A DNA stretch of 63,484 bases, counting the filler, from Dimorphilus gyrociliatus (Eukaryota > Animalia > Annelida): assembly GCA_904063045.1 (NCBI GenBank). It is 3 parts of 3 records of this genome, joined end to end, with 100 filler letters (N's around TTAATTAATTAA, not from the genome) between each part and the next. Parts side by side here need not be neighbours in the genome. Positions count along the whole stretch, not along the records: positions 1 to 26,186 come from CAJFCJ010000157.1; 2 more parts are not named here. One strand, given 5' to 3'. Numbering within the stretch: position 1 is the first letter of the stretch; each line of letters begins with the position of its first letter. A program made the translations under genes and the position numbers. This document shows positions 1 to 11,649 of the stretch, in pieces. The notes under the pieces were generated by a model. That model saw only the letters and a list, made by a program, of their open reading frames with translations, searched no databases and was not told the DNA's origin.

Positions 1-419
1 CTTATTGTGATTCAAATAAGAGGCGTTTTCAGTCTGGTCCAGGTCTAGTCACATGACATGAAATCAGGTATGCACATTCACTCACAATCGTGGAAGTAGA
101 AGAAGATGTAGACTATATAGCAATCAAATATCAATGTATTTTATGTTTTTCAAAGATAGAGAAAGGATATTTCACTTGTCTTCAGAAAATGTTATGCAAC
201 AAATGTTTTGAAGAGTTTCAAGCTATCCGCTAAAAGGTGAAACTTTACCTATGTAAGTATATTGTCTATCATTCATTCATTTGCAAATTTCTTCTTATCT
301 TGGACTGTACATTATTTTCTTTGTTTTTTTACAGTTTCATCAAATTAAGCTGGTAAAGTATTTAGCTCTGAAATTTTGATGAAATAGAACATTTCTACTA
401 CAAAGCACAGATTTATCTT

Positions 420-545
420 AACTCACTTAAGTGACGCTAGCCAGGTATAAAAGAGAGTGAATGTAACAGAACGGTGTGAGAGAACAAAGAGTATCTTAAA
501 AATATAATATATACGGAATTGTCCACAATAGAGGTGTTTTTAAAA
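420..545 (+). repeat. Fragment of Gypsy-type LTR family (same family as 61220-62200)
   Basis: gtgacgctagccaggtataaaagagagtgaatgtaacagaacggtgtgag...acggaattgtcc matches the reverse complement of 61255-61345 and 61890-61980; contains TATAAAA. Confidence 0.7.
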
Positions 546-1186
546 TTCTAGAATCTAATTCTATTAAATATAAGTCTTTCTAAAGCTGAAAACAAATTTC
601 AGAAAATGACAAATTGATAATGATGTGGAACAATATAAATTACTCAAGGCGGATAAAAACTACAGAATTGAAGGAAATCAAAAAACAGTTGGAATCATGT
701 TCTCAGGAAATGACATTGATTGCAACAAATACACATCAAAAATCACTTGTATTTTGTCTTCTTGGATAGTACTCAATTCAGATTAAATGAATTTACAGAT
801 GGAATCTGTGCATGTTTAACGCAAACAATTTTTGTAAAGAAACACAATTCATCTGAAACTTGCATAAACACTGCTCCATCAACACCTTCAACATAAAAGT
901 TTCCTTTACAGTGTACTGCAAAATACATGTTTCCTTGTATAAAGTAATTACTACAACCTAATTCCAACTGCCACTAAGTGTGCAGAGAAAGATGGATTAT
1001 ACTTGGAATGTTTAAAAATGGCAAAATTGTACAATCATTTTTTTATATTCTAATCTAAAAAAGCTTGTTTTTTACTATTGCAAAATGAACAAAGACTGCT
1101 GTTCTGATGTAAACATACAACAACAGATTTTCTATCATTTTTAAGAGCACAATATTACTGGATAGTCTTATCTATGAAACTTTTCT

Positions 1187-2898
1187 CTACTGGGCGTTTT
1201 CTTTTGTTGCCGCTTCTTCCAATTTGTGGACAATTTCTCTTGTAGATATTTCTTCAAAAGACATCTTCTCATCCGAATATTTCATCTTTTTGCTACTTTC
1301 ATCAACAGACATTTTCTCATCTGAATATTTCAACTCTTTGCTACTTTCATCAACAGACATTTTCTCAACTGAACAATTTCCCTTGTCAATGCTTCTTCCA
1401 TCATTTGACGAAATATTACTTATAGAAGTTAGTTTATTATCTTCCTTTTCAAGCTCCTTAATTGCTTCGCCCAATATTTTCTTCAAATTTCTAATTTTGC
1501 CTTGTAAATTTTCTATCATTTGGTCCTTTTTTGTTTTTGAAAACAATGAAAATTCATCAAAGAGCAGAAGTTCGTCAGCTGTTGGCCTTTTTTCATTCTG
1601 AGTGCAAAGAGTCATCTTTTTAATAGTCTCCGATAAAACTGGAAACTTCTTCATTATATAATCTGGCAGTTCTCTTTGAGTTTTAAGAGTTTCACCACGG
1701 TATTTGAATTCCTTTCTATCTCGAAATTGTCCAATTATCTCCAGAGCAGTAATCCCAAGACTAAAAATATCAATAGATTTATCATAGGTGTTACTAAACA
1801 CTTCAGGAGCACAGTAAACAGGAGTACCCACACCCATTGTCTGCTGTTTTCCTTCATCTCTTGCTAAGCCAAAATCTCCTAATTTAACTTCTAACATATC
1901 AGCCGCCTTGTTAGTAAAAATATTGGCAGGCTTAATATCTCTGTGTATGATATTTAATGAATGAATATAGGAAATGGCTGATAAAAGATCATGCAATATT
2001 TTGAGCATAGTAGGGTATGATTTTCTATTTTCTTCTTTTCCATAAATCCAATTGTCCAAATTATCCTCACAAAACTCCATTTGAATAAACATTTTTGATT
2101 CATTTTTTGTTTGTTGAATCCAAGAATAATAATATTTTATTATGTTTCCATGTGAACAACCAGAAAGTTTTTCAATTTCTCTCATACACTATTTTAAAAA
2201 AGGAATTAAAAATTGGGTCAATAGAAAAAAAAAATACCTTCTTATCACTCTTATCTTGGAATGGTATTTGTTTTATTGCATAAAATTTCAAGTCCAATTT
2301 GTGCCTTGCCTAAAAACCAACAGAAATATGATTTTAGTATTGTGCTCAATAAAATAAAAAAAATTCTCGATCATGTGACCTTTTCAACTATTCCAAAACC
2401 TCCTTTTCCTATACACTGTTTGGAATCATACAATATTTCATAGAAATCACTGTTCTGTATCAAAGAATTTGAATTATCTTTTTCCGTGAGGTTTAATTCT
2501 TCACATGCAAGTTTGGCCACATTTTGCTTTGCCTTCAGTTCATCTTCTCCTCTTGCAGAAAATTTTCTACCAGCCTTTACTATGGTAACTGTCATTTCAA
2601 ATTCTCCATTTTTAAACTCAGCATCACTATACTGTTTTGATTGTAATGTGATTAATATTTGTACTCAAATATATATTTTTACATTAACCCATCCCCTTTC
2701 TTTGCCTCACATTATTTATTACACCAAACCCTTAGATAAAAATCCCTAAATCCTAATCAGGAGCAGTCTTATTCTTGTTAATCATTTTTCGAAAAACAAG
2801 ATATTTTCGTCTAATCCAAATTTTCATTGGATTATTCCTACCTTAGCACCACCTCCAAATTTCTTGTTGAGCAATTTAGTATACTGTTTATCAGGCAT
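1187..2898 (-). CDS. PKR-like eIF2alpha kinase (one dsRBM-like domain + kinase + coiled-coil/repeat tail), 460 aa; exons 2898-2842, 2631-2380, 2309-2238, 2188-1187
   Basis: All GT-AG junctions in frame. dsRBM-like MPDKQYTKLLNKKF..FEMTVTI..FSARGEDELKAKQNVAKLACEEL; kinase IGKGGFG, ARHKLDLKFYAIKQI, YYYSW..FIQMEFCE, HRDIKPANIF, DFGLA, TMGVGTPVYCAPE (eIF2alpha-kinase signatures). Confidence 0.88.
1255..1375 (-). repeat. Coding tandem repeat, 48-bp unit x ~2.5 (KMSVDESSKELKYSDE)
   Basis: ttctcatctgaatatttcaactctttgctactttcatcaacagacatt repeated in the kinase C-terminal tail. Confidence 0.9.
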
Positions 2899-3049
2899 TT
2901 TTCTTTACTGATTAGTAGATTGGATAAATCTTAACTGGATGCAAAAAAGTTTATCAATGTATACTTTTTAAAATATCACATTTTAAATACATACAAGCTT
3001 AGCAGCAGGAATATTTAGCTGTTTCTTCTGACAATTTGCTCTGGTGGTT

Positions 3050-3745
3050 AAATCTGAAGGATAAACTTGAAGGTTATGGTTATGTGGTTAGATTTGATAG
3101 TTAAATTTGAAAATTATATTTAATTTTAGTGGATTAAGAATTAATCTTAAAATCTTAGAGAGTTTATTATAATATATATTGTTTTAAAATAACATTTGGC
3201 ACTGGTAGGGTATATATACGAAGAAAAACATTGTTCAATTGTCCAATTATCGTGGGATAAATTTTCAAGATGTTAAGGATAAATGGAGGAGACGGAAAGA
3301 AATCAAGTGCACAGCACTACGCGAAACTAGGCCAATACTGTATATCTCTCTATCAACTGCTATCAGAATGGTGTAATACTAAAGTTAACACTTAACTACT
3401 TGTTATCTATTGAAGTAGTTTTTACGGTTAGAACAATTCCTATATTTGGCCTAGTTGTAGATGGCAACACTTGGGTATGCTAAAGGAGGAGAAAATGGTT
3501 AGGAGAAAAAGAATAGCTATTTAAATGTAGCTAGATTGGTCCAATCTAAGGATTAGAAACAGTGAAGGTTAGAATTAGGGTAAAACTGTAGATTTATGGC
3601 CATTTTCTATCACATCCAACCCAGTCCTGTCTCTTACGTAATTCAATTTTTTTAAACATCCTAATTGTTAATTCAGATTCATCAAACTTTTAATCGTAAA
3701 TTTATTTTCTAAAATTTTCAAAGAAGAAAATAATTTTTTTTTTAA
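3050..3745 (+). repeat. Dispersed non-coding repeat (other copies 15940-16290 + and 12400-12565 -)
   Basis: Long near-identical blocks, e.g. ggttatggttatg...catttggcactggtagggtatata, gtagatggcaacacttgg, tttatggccattttcta...aaattttcaaagaagaa. Confidence 0.85.
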
Positions 3746-3940
3746 TCAGGTCACATTACAATTAATAAATCAGCATACAGTGGCTCTAAGTGTCCAAGAA
3801 CAGGCTCATGGAATTATAGATTAGTTAACGCTTCAACACATATTATAAAAGATAAATTTTCTACTCCAATTGACAGCAGTAAATTTCAACTTTTTAAATG
3901 GTGTCACGTTTACAGAGTCAGCAAAAAAGTCAAAATATAT

Positions 3941-6917
3941 TTAATGATATATGTGGACAGAAACTATTGTAGTAATATTTGAATTTAAGATTTTAATTGA
4001 ATCAACAGGCAAAAAACACTTGAAAAATAAATTATCTTTCATATATTCATTATTTTCTGTAAAATGAATCCGAGTGCAACTTTTGTATTCTCCATTTTCA
4101 ATCTCATTTCCATAAACAATTAATCCGTTTTCATTCATATTTTCCATTGAATATTTAACTAGATAATAATTTTCATGTGGTTGTAACAAATCTGTAAGAT
4201 CCATTAGAAAGTTATGAGCAAGAATGTTACATTTGAAAATATTGCTATCAGACGGATTATCTGAAAGGATATAGTTTAAATTTTAAGAAAATCAACAATA
4301 TTTGAAAATGTACTACTTACATTCTTTTGATTTTATTGAAATTGCCATAACATCAATTTCTAGTATAGTCCTAAGAGCTATTGATGAAAATTTAATCATT
4401 TTTGAAAATGTTGTCTTAAAACTACCACAAGATGTGTGAAAGCTTAAAAATTGTCCATTTAAGCTTGTTGTAATTTGTTCATTGTTGAAATAATCTTGAA
4501 TTTCCACAGATTCAGAAGGTCTCTTTGTAATTCCATTGTCGTCTGTTAAAAGAAAGGAAAATGTTGTTTATTCAAGAAATCATTTTTTATTTATTTTTAA
4601 TAATTTTACATGATATGCAAATGGTATTTAAATAGATCAATTCTGTTGTTATTTCTATAATATCGCCCACTTGTACTGTAATATGTTCTGGAGTTTGAAA
4701 GTAGTTTTCATCTTGCAAAAAATTTACTTTATCTTCGGTAAGATCGTTCGAATTTTGCGATATTTTGTTAATAAGTCCTTTATGGTTAACTGACGAAGCT
4801 GATGAATATTCAAATTATTATTCAATTTTTAAGAAAACACTTTTATTTTTTCTTATCATACCATAATCATTCGCTTTGTTGAATAATTTTCCATAGAGAT
4901 ACAATTCTTGCATTTCTATTGCCTTCTTTGAGGTATCAGTTGTTGCATATTGATGAAAGAGAAAATATAGACCAACATGAACTTTTTCGCACTTAATCAC
5001 CAATGTTTCATAACGTAAAAATAGTTTATAATTATCACCGGGTCTACTACAAAATTTGGCATCTGAGTGGTACAGAGTACCAATCGTCATTTCAACAGAT
5101 GTATACATATAAGGCATAGTATTTACATTTTCTATGGGTGTTTTTAAATAGATGTCAGTAAAAGAGAGATAAATCGAATTGAAATTACCTGGATTTGTAC
5201 GCCGAATCAAAACAAATCCAAAGATTTCGTACAAACTAGTTAGCATAATCAACAAGAACGGCCGCTCATAATGAGTACTAGAAGAATGATAGTGAGTTAG
5301 ATAATTTCCATCAATTGTGTGTTCTCCTTTGTTATCCAGATATAGAAAAGAGTATCTGAACTTGAAATTTTCATTACTAATTTTCTTATTATCTGAAAAA
5401 TATGACAAAAGAAAGAATCTAAAAATCTCATTTTTGCATATTTTATTAATTAAAATATCATTATTTTTGAGTAGGAGAGAAAACGGTTCATTTTTTGGTG
5501 TTTTATCCTAACCTAACACAGTTAACAAGATTCTTTTCAGTTTATACTTTCTAACCCTCAATTCAGCCCCCACACCAACTGCAAAATATTGATTATTAAA
5601 ATTTTCCAAATCTTAGAAATGTCAACTTGGCCGTTTTCACCAAACTCCATGATTTTTTTACCTGTTTCATTATAAAATAATCCTTTTACGTCAATATCAC
5701 AAAGTTCAATTGCTGAATTATGTAGTAGTTTTTCTATAAAGACAAAAGAACCAATGACGTCATTATTTTCGCATGCGAAACATTCATAATTAGAGAGGCT
5801 TGTTGAAGTTGACATTTTAATTGGACCTTTTATATAAGTACATAATTTATTTTCCATATTGAAATACTTTCCAACAGTGACATTTAGTTCTTTGAGAGTT
5901 GTTCCTAAAAATTAATCAAAGTTTTGAATGCTTAAACTGTTCAAAAAATCTTCTCTCTCTCTCTCTATAACTCACCAGTTTTACTGTTAAGGAGACAAAC
6001 TTCTTTGACAATATAATTGTTTCCTAAATCAACAGCAAACCAAGGATTGGATGTTGAATGATAAAACGTTTTTGCGCAATTTTCCTAAGATGCGAATTTA
6101 TAATAATAAGAAATATAGGATTTAAAATATTTTAAATTACATACAATGCTTATGCTGGAGTCTGTTGCGAGGTGTGGCGCATATACTACACTACCCAAGT
6201 AGTCAGATGTACTCTGAAATGAAAGTTTTCCTCTGGCAACATTAACAAAGTTGTAGCAATCAGGTAGTGTTGCTGAAAAAGTAATAGATAAACACTGTAT
6301 TTCAAATAGGAGATTGTATTCAAATATGAATACAGTCGCGATATTAAGTAATTATAAGAAGAGTAAAAATATCTAAAATTCGAAATATCTTTGGTCAATT
6401 TTGGCCTGCTTAAGTGGAAGAGGATATCTTTGCAGATTTCTAAAGATAGCTGATGCATTTTTTAATATTTCCAAAAGAATTGTATGTTGTAAGTTCAAGG
6501 GAACAATATTTGTAGACCAAATTTTTTTTCAATGATACTACTCATAATTATGAGGTCATAATGATGATGTTATAATTACTTAATAGCTGTCTAAATTCAT
6601 ATTTATGGTAAAAAAGAAAGATAAATTGATTCTTAAAATATAGATATTTATCTGAAATTTTCCATCATGTTTCACAAGTCATCTATCCTATACAAAAAAA
6701 TATTCACAACCATACACTTTATTCCTAAATCAAAATATTTCGATTTTTAGACATTTTTACTCTTCTTATAATTACTTAATATCGCGACTGTATAGAGAGG
6801 AAGGAAGTAGGTAACAATTCACTTGAGAGTTTGGCTCAAATAAAAAGATACTTTTCTTATATATCTGTTTAATGTTTTGTACCAACCACTAAAGAGGAGA
6901 AGTAATAGAAGTGTCAT
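3941..6917 (-). CDS. Secreted multi-domain F-type lectin-like (FTP / galactose-binding fold) protein, about 10 exons
   Basis: Spliced N-terminus MTLLLLLLFSATLPDCYNFVNVARGKLSFQST..ENCAKT..NPWFAVDLGNNYIVKEVCLLN..LNVTVG..NKLC..CENNDVIGSFVFIEK..IELCDIDVKG is a canonical FTP domain. Second degenerate domain: IDGN..RPFLLIML..YEIFGFVLIRR..CEKVHVGLY..EMQELYLYG. Short phase-compatible introns join the separate ORFs; the signal exon 6917-6887 is inferred. Confidence 0.8.
6333..6790. mobile_element. Tc1/mariner-type MITE (458 bp) in the first intron of the lectin gene
   Basis: About 60-bp TIRs cagtcgcgatattaagtaattataagaagagtaaaaat.. / ..atttttactcttcttataattacttaatatcgcgactg, flanked by TA on both sides. 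Confidence 0.9.
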
Positions 6918-7631
6918 GTTTATTTTTATTATCCAAATGATTAAGCTATAAAGAAGATCTATCTTTCATTCCAAACCGCTAATGTTTCATTAAAGAAAAT
7001 GATGAGTCTCTCTGTTCAATTCTGTTGAAATATGTATAACTATAAACATAAATGTATCTATTGTGTTTTTGTGATAAATGATTGATATTTAGTAGTAACT
7101 TTTTATGTCAGATTGCAATAATTGAATGCACATTCAATTGTTTTTTTTTGTCATCTAAAGAAATATACATTTTAATTACACATATATTATTCAGTTCAAA
7201 GAATTTCCATTAATTTTTAATTCTTACCAGTTTTTAATTATTACAGATTTTTTTTACAACTTGTAATGAGTAAACTTTAAAATTCTTTAGTAAATTTAAT
7301 ATAGTACTATTAAAGATTGATCTAATCTATTGACATTTACTCTGGTCTATATTTCTGTCAGCTAGATATTTTTATATAGAAGTTGATTGTTGATAATAAG
7401 AGAGAGAAGTTTTCTTTATCTGCAATTTCTAAAAGATTTCAGGCTCTTGTAATTTGAATATTTCATAACCTCAAGAAGTAAATATTTTATAATTCAGCAT
7501 TTATCTGTTAATATATCATTAATTTTGATGAAAACCTTAACTGTGCCCTTAGAGATGTTTTATTTAAATCAACATGAGGATGTTGAGTAGGTAAAGTTTT
7601 GTACTGTGTGAATCACTCAATATTTATTTAC

Positions 7632-7838
7632 GGATACGACAGAAAAGGTCCCCAAAAGCACAGTTTAACCCTAACCCTAACCTAGCCCTTATCTCTCCTT
7701 AACCTTTTTGATTGCTCTTAACCCTTAGATGGAACCCCCGTAACTATAAATCAAAAGCTACTTTACTCCTCCTAACCATTTTTCAATCCGAAATGTTGCT
7801 TTCAAAAATCTCATTTGGGGACGTTTTCTCTCGGCCCC
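7632..7838 (+). mobile_element. MULE-derived MITE with (TAACCC)n core, copy 1
   Basis: TIRs ggatacgacagaaaaggtccccaaa / tttggggacgttttctctcggcccc; exact 9-bp TSD tttatttac (7623-7631, 7839-7847). Confidence 0.92.
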
Positions 7839-8048
7839 TTTATTTACCTAACCCAGCCCTGGTCATTTCCTAACCTTATTGATTACACCTAACCCTTAGA
7901 TGGGTTGCACTGAAGTAAAAATCAATAGCTGTATAGCTGTCCTATTCTTCCTAAGCAGTTTTCAACCCAAAATCTAACCTTCAAATATATCATCTGGGAA
8001 TCTTTCTTGTAGACTCCCCTAAAGAGTATTCATACAGCAGAAAACTAC

Positions 8049-10509
8049 GGGATCAACAGAAAACGGCCCCAACAGAAAACGGACCCAACAGAAAACGACC
8101 ACAAATGAACAGAAAACGGCCCCAACCGGAACAGAAAACGGCCCCAACTGAGACAGAAAACGGCCACAAAATTTCGAAATATACAATACTCATAAATTGA
8201 ATAGAATAAGTTAATTTAAAATTTTTTTCTATTAGTTAGTAAATATTGGATGAAAAAATATTAAATTATCCACCAGTTTTTCCTAAGAGGTTGAATATTT
8301 TGCACTATTTTTAAATTCCTGCCAATAGGTTAAAGCAGCTCAAAGGAGATTTTTGCCACAATGCTACCATATTGTTTTGGATGTAAGAAAAAGATTAATA
8401 AGCTGAAGCAAGGTGTTTGTTCACATTGTCATCATAAAGTCCATTGGGCTTGTTTATCAGGTAAGATCCAAATTGATTTTAATGTAAACTAAGCTCTTTC
8501 TTTTGTAGATGGATTATGTTCTATATGTTCAAGTGTTGATAAAAAAAGAATCAGAATTATTCTGAGCAAATGTGATGAAATTTTACAAGATAAATCTACC
8601 AATAAAGTCTCAAATGCTGAAAATATAGATCTAAATCATACAAGAGAAGAGATAGATGTGCAAAATATAATAATGGATGTTGATCATGAAGAAGTGGTTA
8701 CCCTTATTGAAACACTGAATTGTGATGCAGAGTACAGGCTTGTTGATAATCTTAGTGAAAGCAGCCCTCTGCATGGAAATATATTACATTTGAATGAGAA
8801 TGATATCAATATGGAGGAGTCCTTTGAAAGTATACCAGAGGTGAACTATGACAGCAATGGTAAATTCAGAATATTCCCTACAGGAAGTCAAAAAGGCAAA
8901 GAATTACTTGTATCTAATGGTCACTCATTTGTTGTCAAAAGAAAAGACAAGACTTCCATAATTTGGAGATGTGGAGTTAGAAGCAAGAAAATGAAATGTC
9001 CTGCCAGTGTCATTCAAAGAAATAATAACTTCTCTTTGGGGTCTAAATATCATATTAACCCCCCAAAAAAAATTTAGAACAAATTATTGAAATGAAAGTG
9101 ACAGCAAAACAAAAAGGAAAGACTGACACCAATGTTAGTGGAAAACGAATAGCTGAAAATGTTCTGCTTCGTTTTGCAAATATGGGAAATATTATAGAAG
9201 TTGAAAATTGCAAAGAAATGATAAATTACCATAGAAGAAAAAATTGTCTCAATGAACCTATTGGAAGAAACTTTCTTATTAATAATTGCTTCATTCCTGA
9301 TGATTTCTTAAAGAAAGATGTCCTTGAAAATAATGAAAGAGTGATTATTTTTTCCACTTCAAAACAACTTAGCTTACTTGCAGTGTCAAAAGTCTGGTAC
9401 TTAGATGGAACTTTCAAGATTGTTAAGGACCCATTTACACAGTTATTTTCATTTCACTCATTCCTCAAAAAAGAAGGTGAATTAAAACAGGTTCCTCTTC
9501 TATATGCATTCATGTCATCAAAAAAGAAAAAAGCATATAATCTGTTATTCAAGGTAGTTCAACTTGAAATTTTCTCTGAAATGCATTTAATATTCATTTC
9601 ACTGTTTTTCAGTGCATTAATCAACTGCTACAATATAAGGAACCAAAAAAGATAGTTATGGATTTTGAAAAAGCTGTTTGGAAAGCTGTATTAAATAATT
9701 GGGAAAATGTAAATCTGTCAGGATGCTTATTCCATTGGAATCAAGCAGTTTATAGAAAAATTCAGGTATTATTCAACCTAAAACTCAAACTGGAGTCATT
9801 TTTAATTTTGTTTTTTTAGGAGCTTGGTTATTCATCAGACTTCAACAAAAAAAAAGGACAATGGTTTGAAATGAGACAGCTAATGGCTTTGCCATTCCTT
9901 CCATCTCACATTATTCCAATAGAGTTTATTAAAATTAAGGATTACCTTAAATCAATTGATAAACTTGCTGATTTTATTGATTATTTTGAAAGAACTTGGA
10001 TTTTGAATGATGTTTGGTCACCAAAATGTTGGTCTATCTATCAATGTCCAATCAGAACAAATAATGATGTTGAGGGATTTCACAATAGGTTCAATGGAAA
10101 TGTTGGAGTGAATGTTTCATTTTATTCTGTGATAGATGAATTGAAAAGGGAAGCAGACCTTATAGCAGCATATCAAAGAATGTTATCAGAAAAGAAGATA
10201 TTAAGATACCAAACAAAGCTTTATAAGAACCTCCAAAATAAAATATTTTCAATTTGGGAAAGATTTGAAAAGCATGAGATTACTTCATCAGAAGTTCTAG
10301 TAAAGTGTTCTGAACTTTATTTGGTAGCTCAATAAATAAATCAATTGTTGTTAAATTGCATGATCTTTTAAGTTGTAGTCTCATAATGTATTCAACTCTT
10401 CAAATAAACACACTGTCAAAATTTAATTCATTTCTTGTTTTATATATTTTAGGTTGAAGAATCCTGTGGCTGTTTTCTGTCTCAGTTGGGTCCGTTTTCT
10501 GTCGTATTC
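8049..10509 (+). mobile_element. Mutator-like (MULE) DNA transposon 1
   Basis: Exact 9-bp TSD gaaaactac (8040-8048, 10510-10518); TIRs built of tandem acagaaaacggccccaa units; encodes a MULE transposase. Confidence 0.95.
8361..10335 (+). pseudogene. PHD-FLYWCH-MULE DDE transposase, intron-containing, one frameshift near 9065
   Basis: PHD CFGC..CSHCHHKVHWACLS/DGLCSIC split by an intron; FLYWCH GSQKGKELL..WRC..C..H; catalytic YLDGTF, MDFE, GCLFHW, NNDVEGFHNR; frame break in a c5a9 run. Confidence 0.88.
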
Positions 10510-11239
10510 GAAAACTACAACTCATTCATTAACATTCACAGCATTTTCCTTCAGTTATTTCCTCCTTAAGGAGGTTAGATCCTTTTTTTTAAAGAGAGGA
10601 TATGTTGTCGGATATATTGAGGTAGGCTTCAACCTTCCAAGATGAGCAACTGCAATTCTGCATATTTGACCAGATGGCTAATAACCAATGCAATTTAGGA
10701 ACAAAGATTCATTTTTTCGTCAATTCTCAACAGTTGAATAGAAAACTAAAAAATATATTTGAAATGATAAAATCATCAAAAGTTGTTTACTTCATAAGCT
10801 AACAACCAGGGATAGTCAGGGTGTTTACAATTGGAGAAAGTCACTTTTCTTTTTTCTTGTTAATAACATACAGCTTGCTATATTTAATGCATTAAATGAA
10901 GAAAAAGACATTCAACTTTGCAAATTTAGCTCCATAACTAATACTACAGTATTGACAAACTAGTTGGGAATGTATGGTAGTCAGATAGATGAGTTAGCTG
11001 TTGCCAAATAATGATTGCCCATAAACTGAACAGAGGCAAGTTATGACACAACTCTAATCAAAAATGGCTTCTACTTACCATCATGAAATTCACCTCTACC
11101 AATATTATTGTATGATTTAATAAGATCAACATTCATTGTCTCTAGAATTAGATGATATCTTTAAGTTTATTGTTATGTCATTTTTTAAGGTTTTAATAGG
11201 CTAAAAACAGCAAGAATATGTGCGGAGAATATATGATTT

Positions 11240-11640
11240 AAGAATTATGGTACAGCGGAACAATTTCTAAATTCTATAGAAAACTCTGAATAGTAACTTG
11301 TCATCTATAATTGATGGCTAAAGACCTCAGTTTGCAATGATAAAGCCAAACATCCCCAACTATGTCAATTATGGAAATCTATATCATATTTGAGTTTCAC
11401 TTCATTGTATATGATACAGAACTTATTTATATTTTTATATTTAATTGTCTTGTTTTGTGAATCATTTTTAGGAAAAGGCCATGTTAAGGAAAGGAATTTT
11501 TATTTTCCAAGTGAAAATATAATAAATTTGATGACATGGAACATGACAAGAACAATTGTTATCACTACTCTTTACTTTCTCTAATGATCTTCTAATACAT
11601 CCATAATTCTCAGATAAACAACATTCTCTGTTGTAATTTG
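11240..11640 (-). pseudogene. DEG/ENaC paralogue fragments (minus strand), with stops and an internal deletion
   Basis: Translates to ECCLSENYGCIRRSLEKVKSSDNNCSCHVPCHQIYY and TWPFPKNDSQNKTIKYKNINKFCIIYNEVKLKY, homologous to two distant parts of the 16530-19994 gene. Confidence 0.8.
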
Positions 11641-11649
11641 AACTAATAA

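Noticed and set aside
600-1180. Additional gene or extra kinase exon downstream of the PKR-like gene (ORF 773-967)
   Set aside because: No recognisable domain, stops in all frames, no consistent splice path
4812-4820. Tandem TAA TAA suggesting the lectin is a pseudogene
   Set aside because: The stops fall inside a ~63-bp GT-AG intron whose removal restores the frame
8050-8170. CRISPR-like array (acagaaaacggccccaa units; also 52900-52990)
   Set aside because: Eukaryotic context, no unique spacers, and mirrored at the other element end; these are MULE TIR subrepeats
9060-9080. Programmed -1 frameshift in MULE-1
   Set aside because: The homologous region of MULE-2 is in frame and no stimulatory structure was recognised
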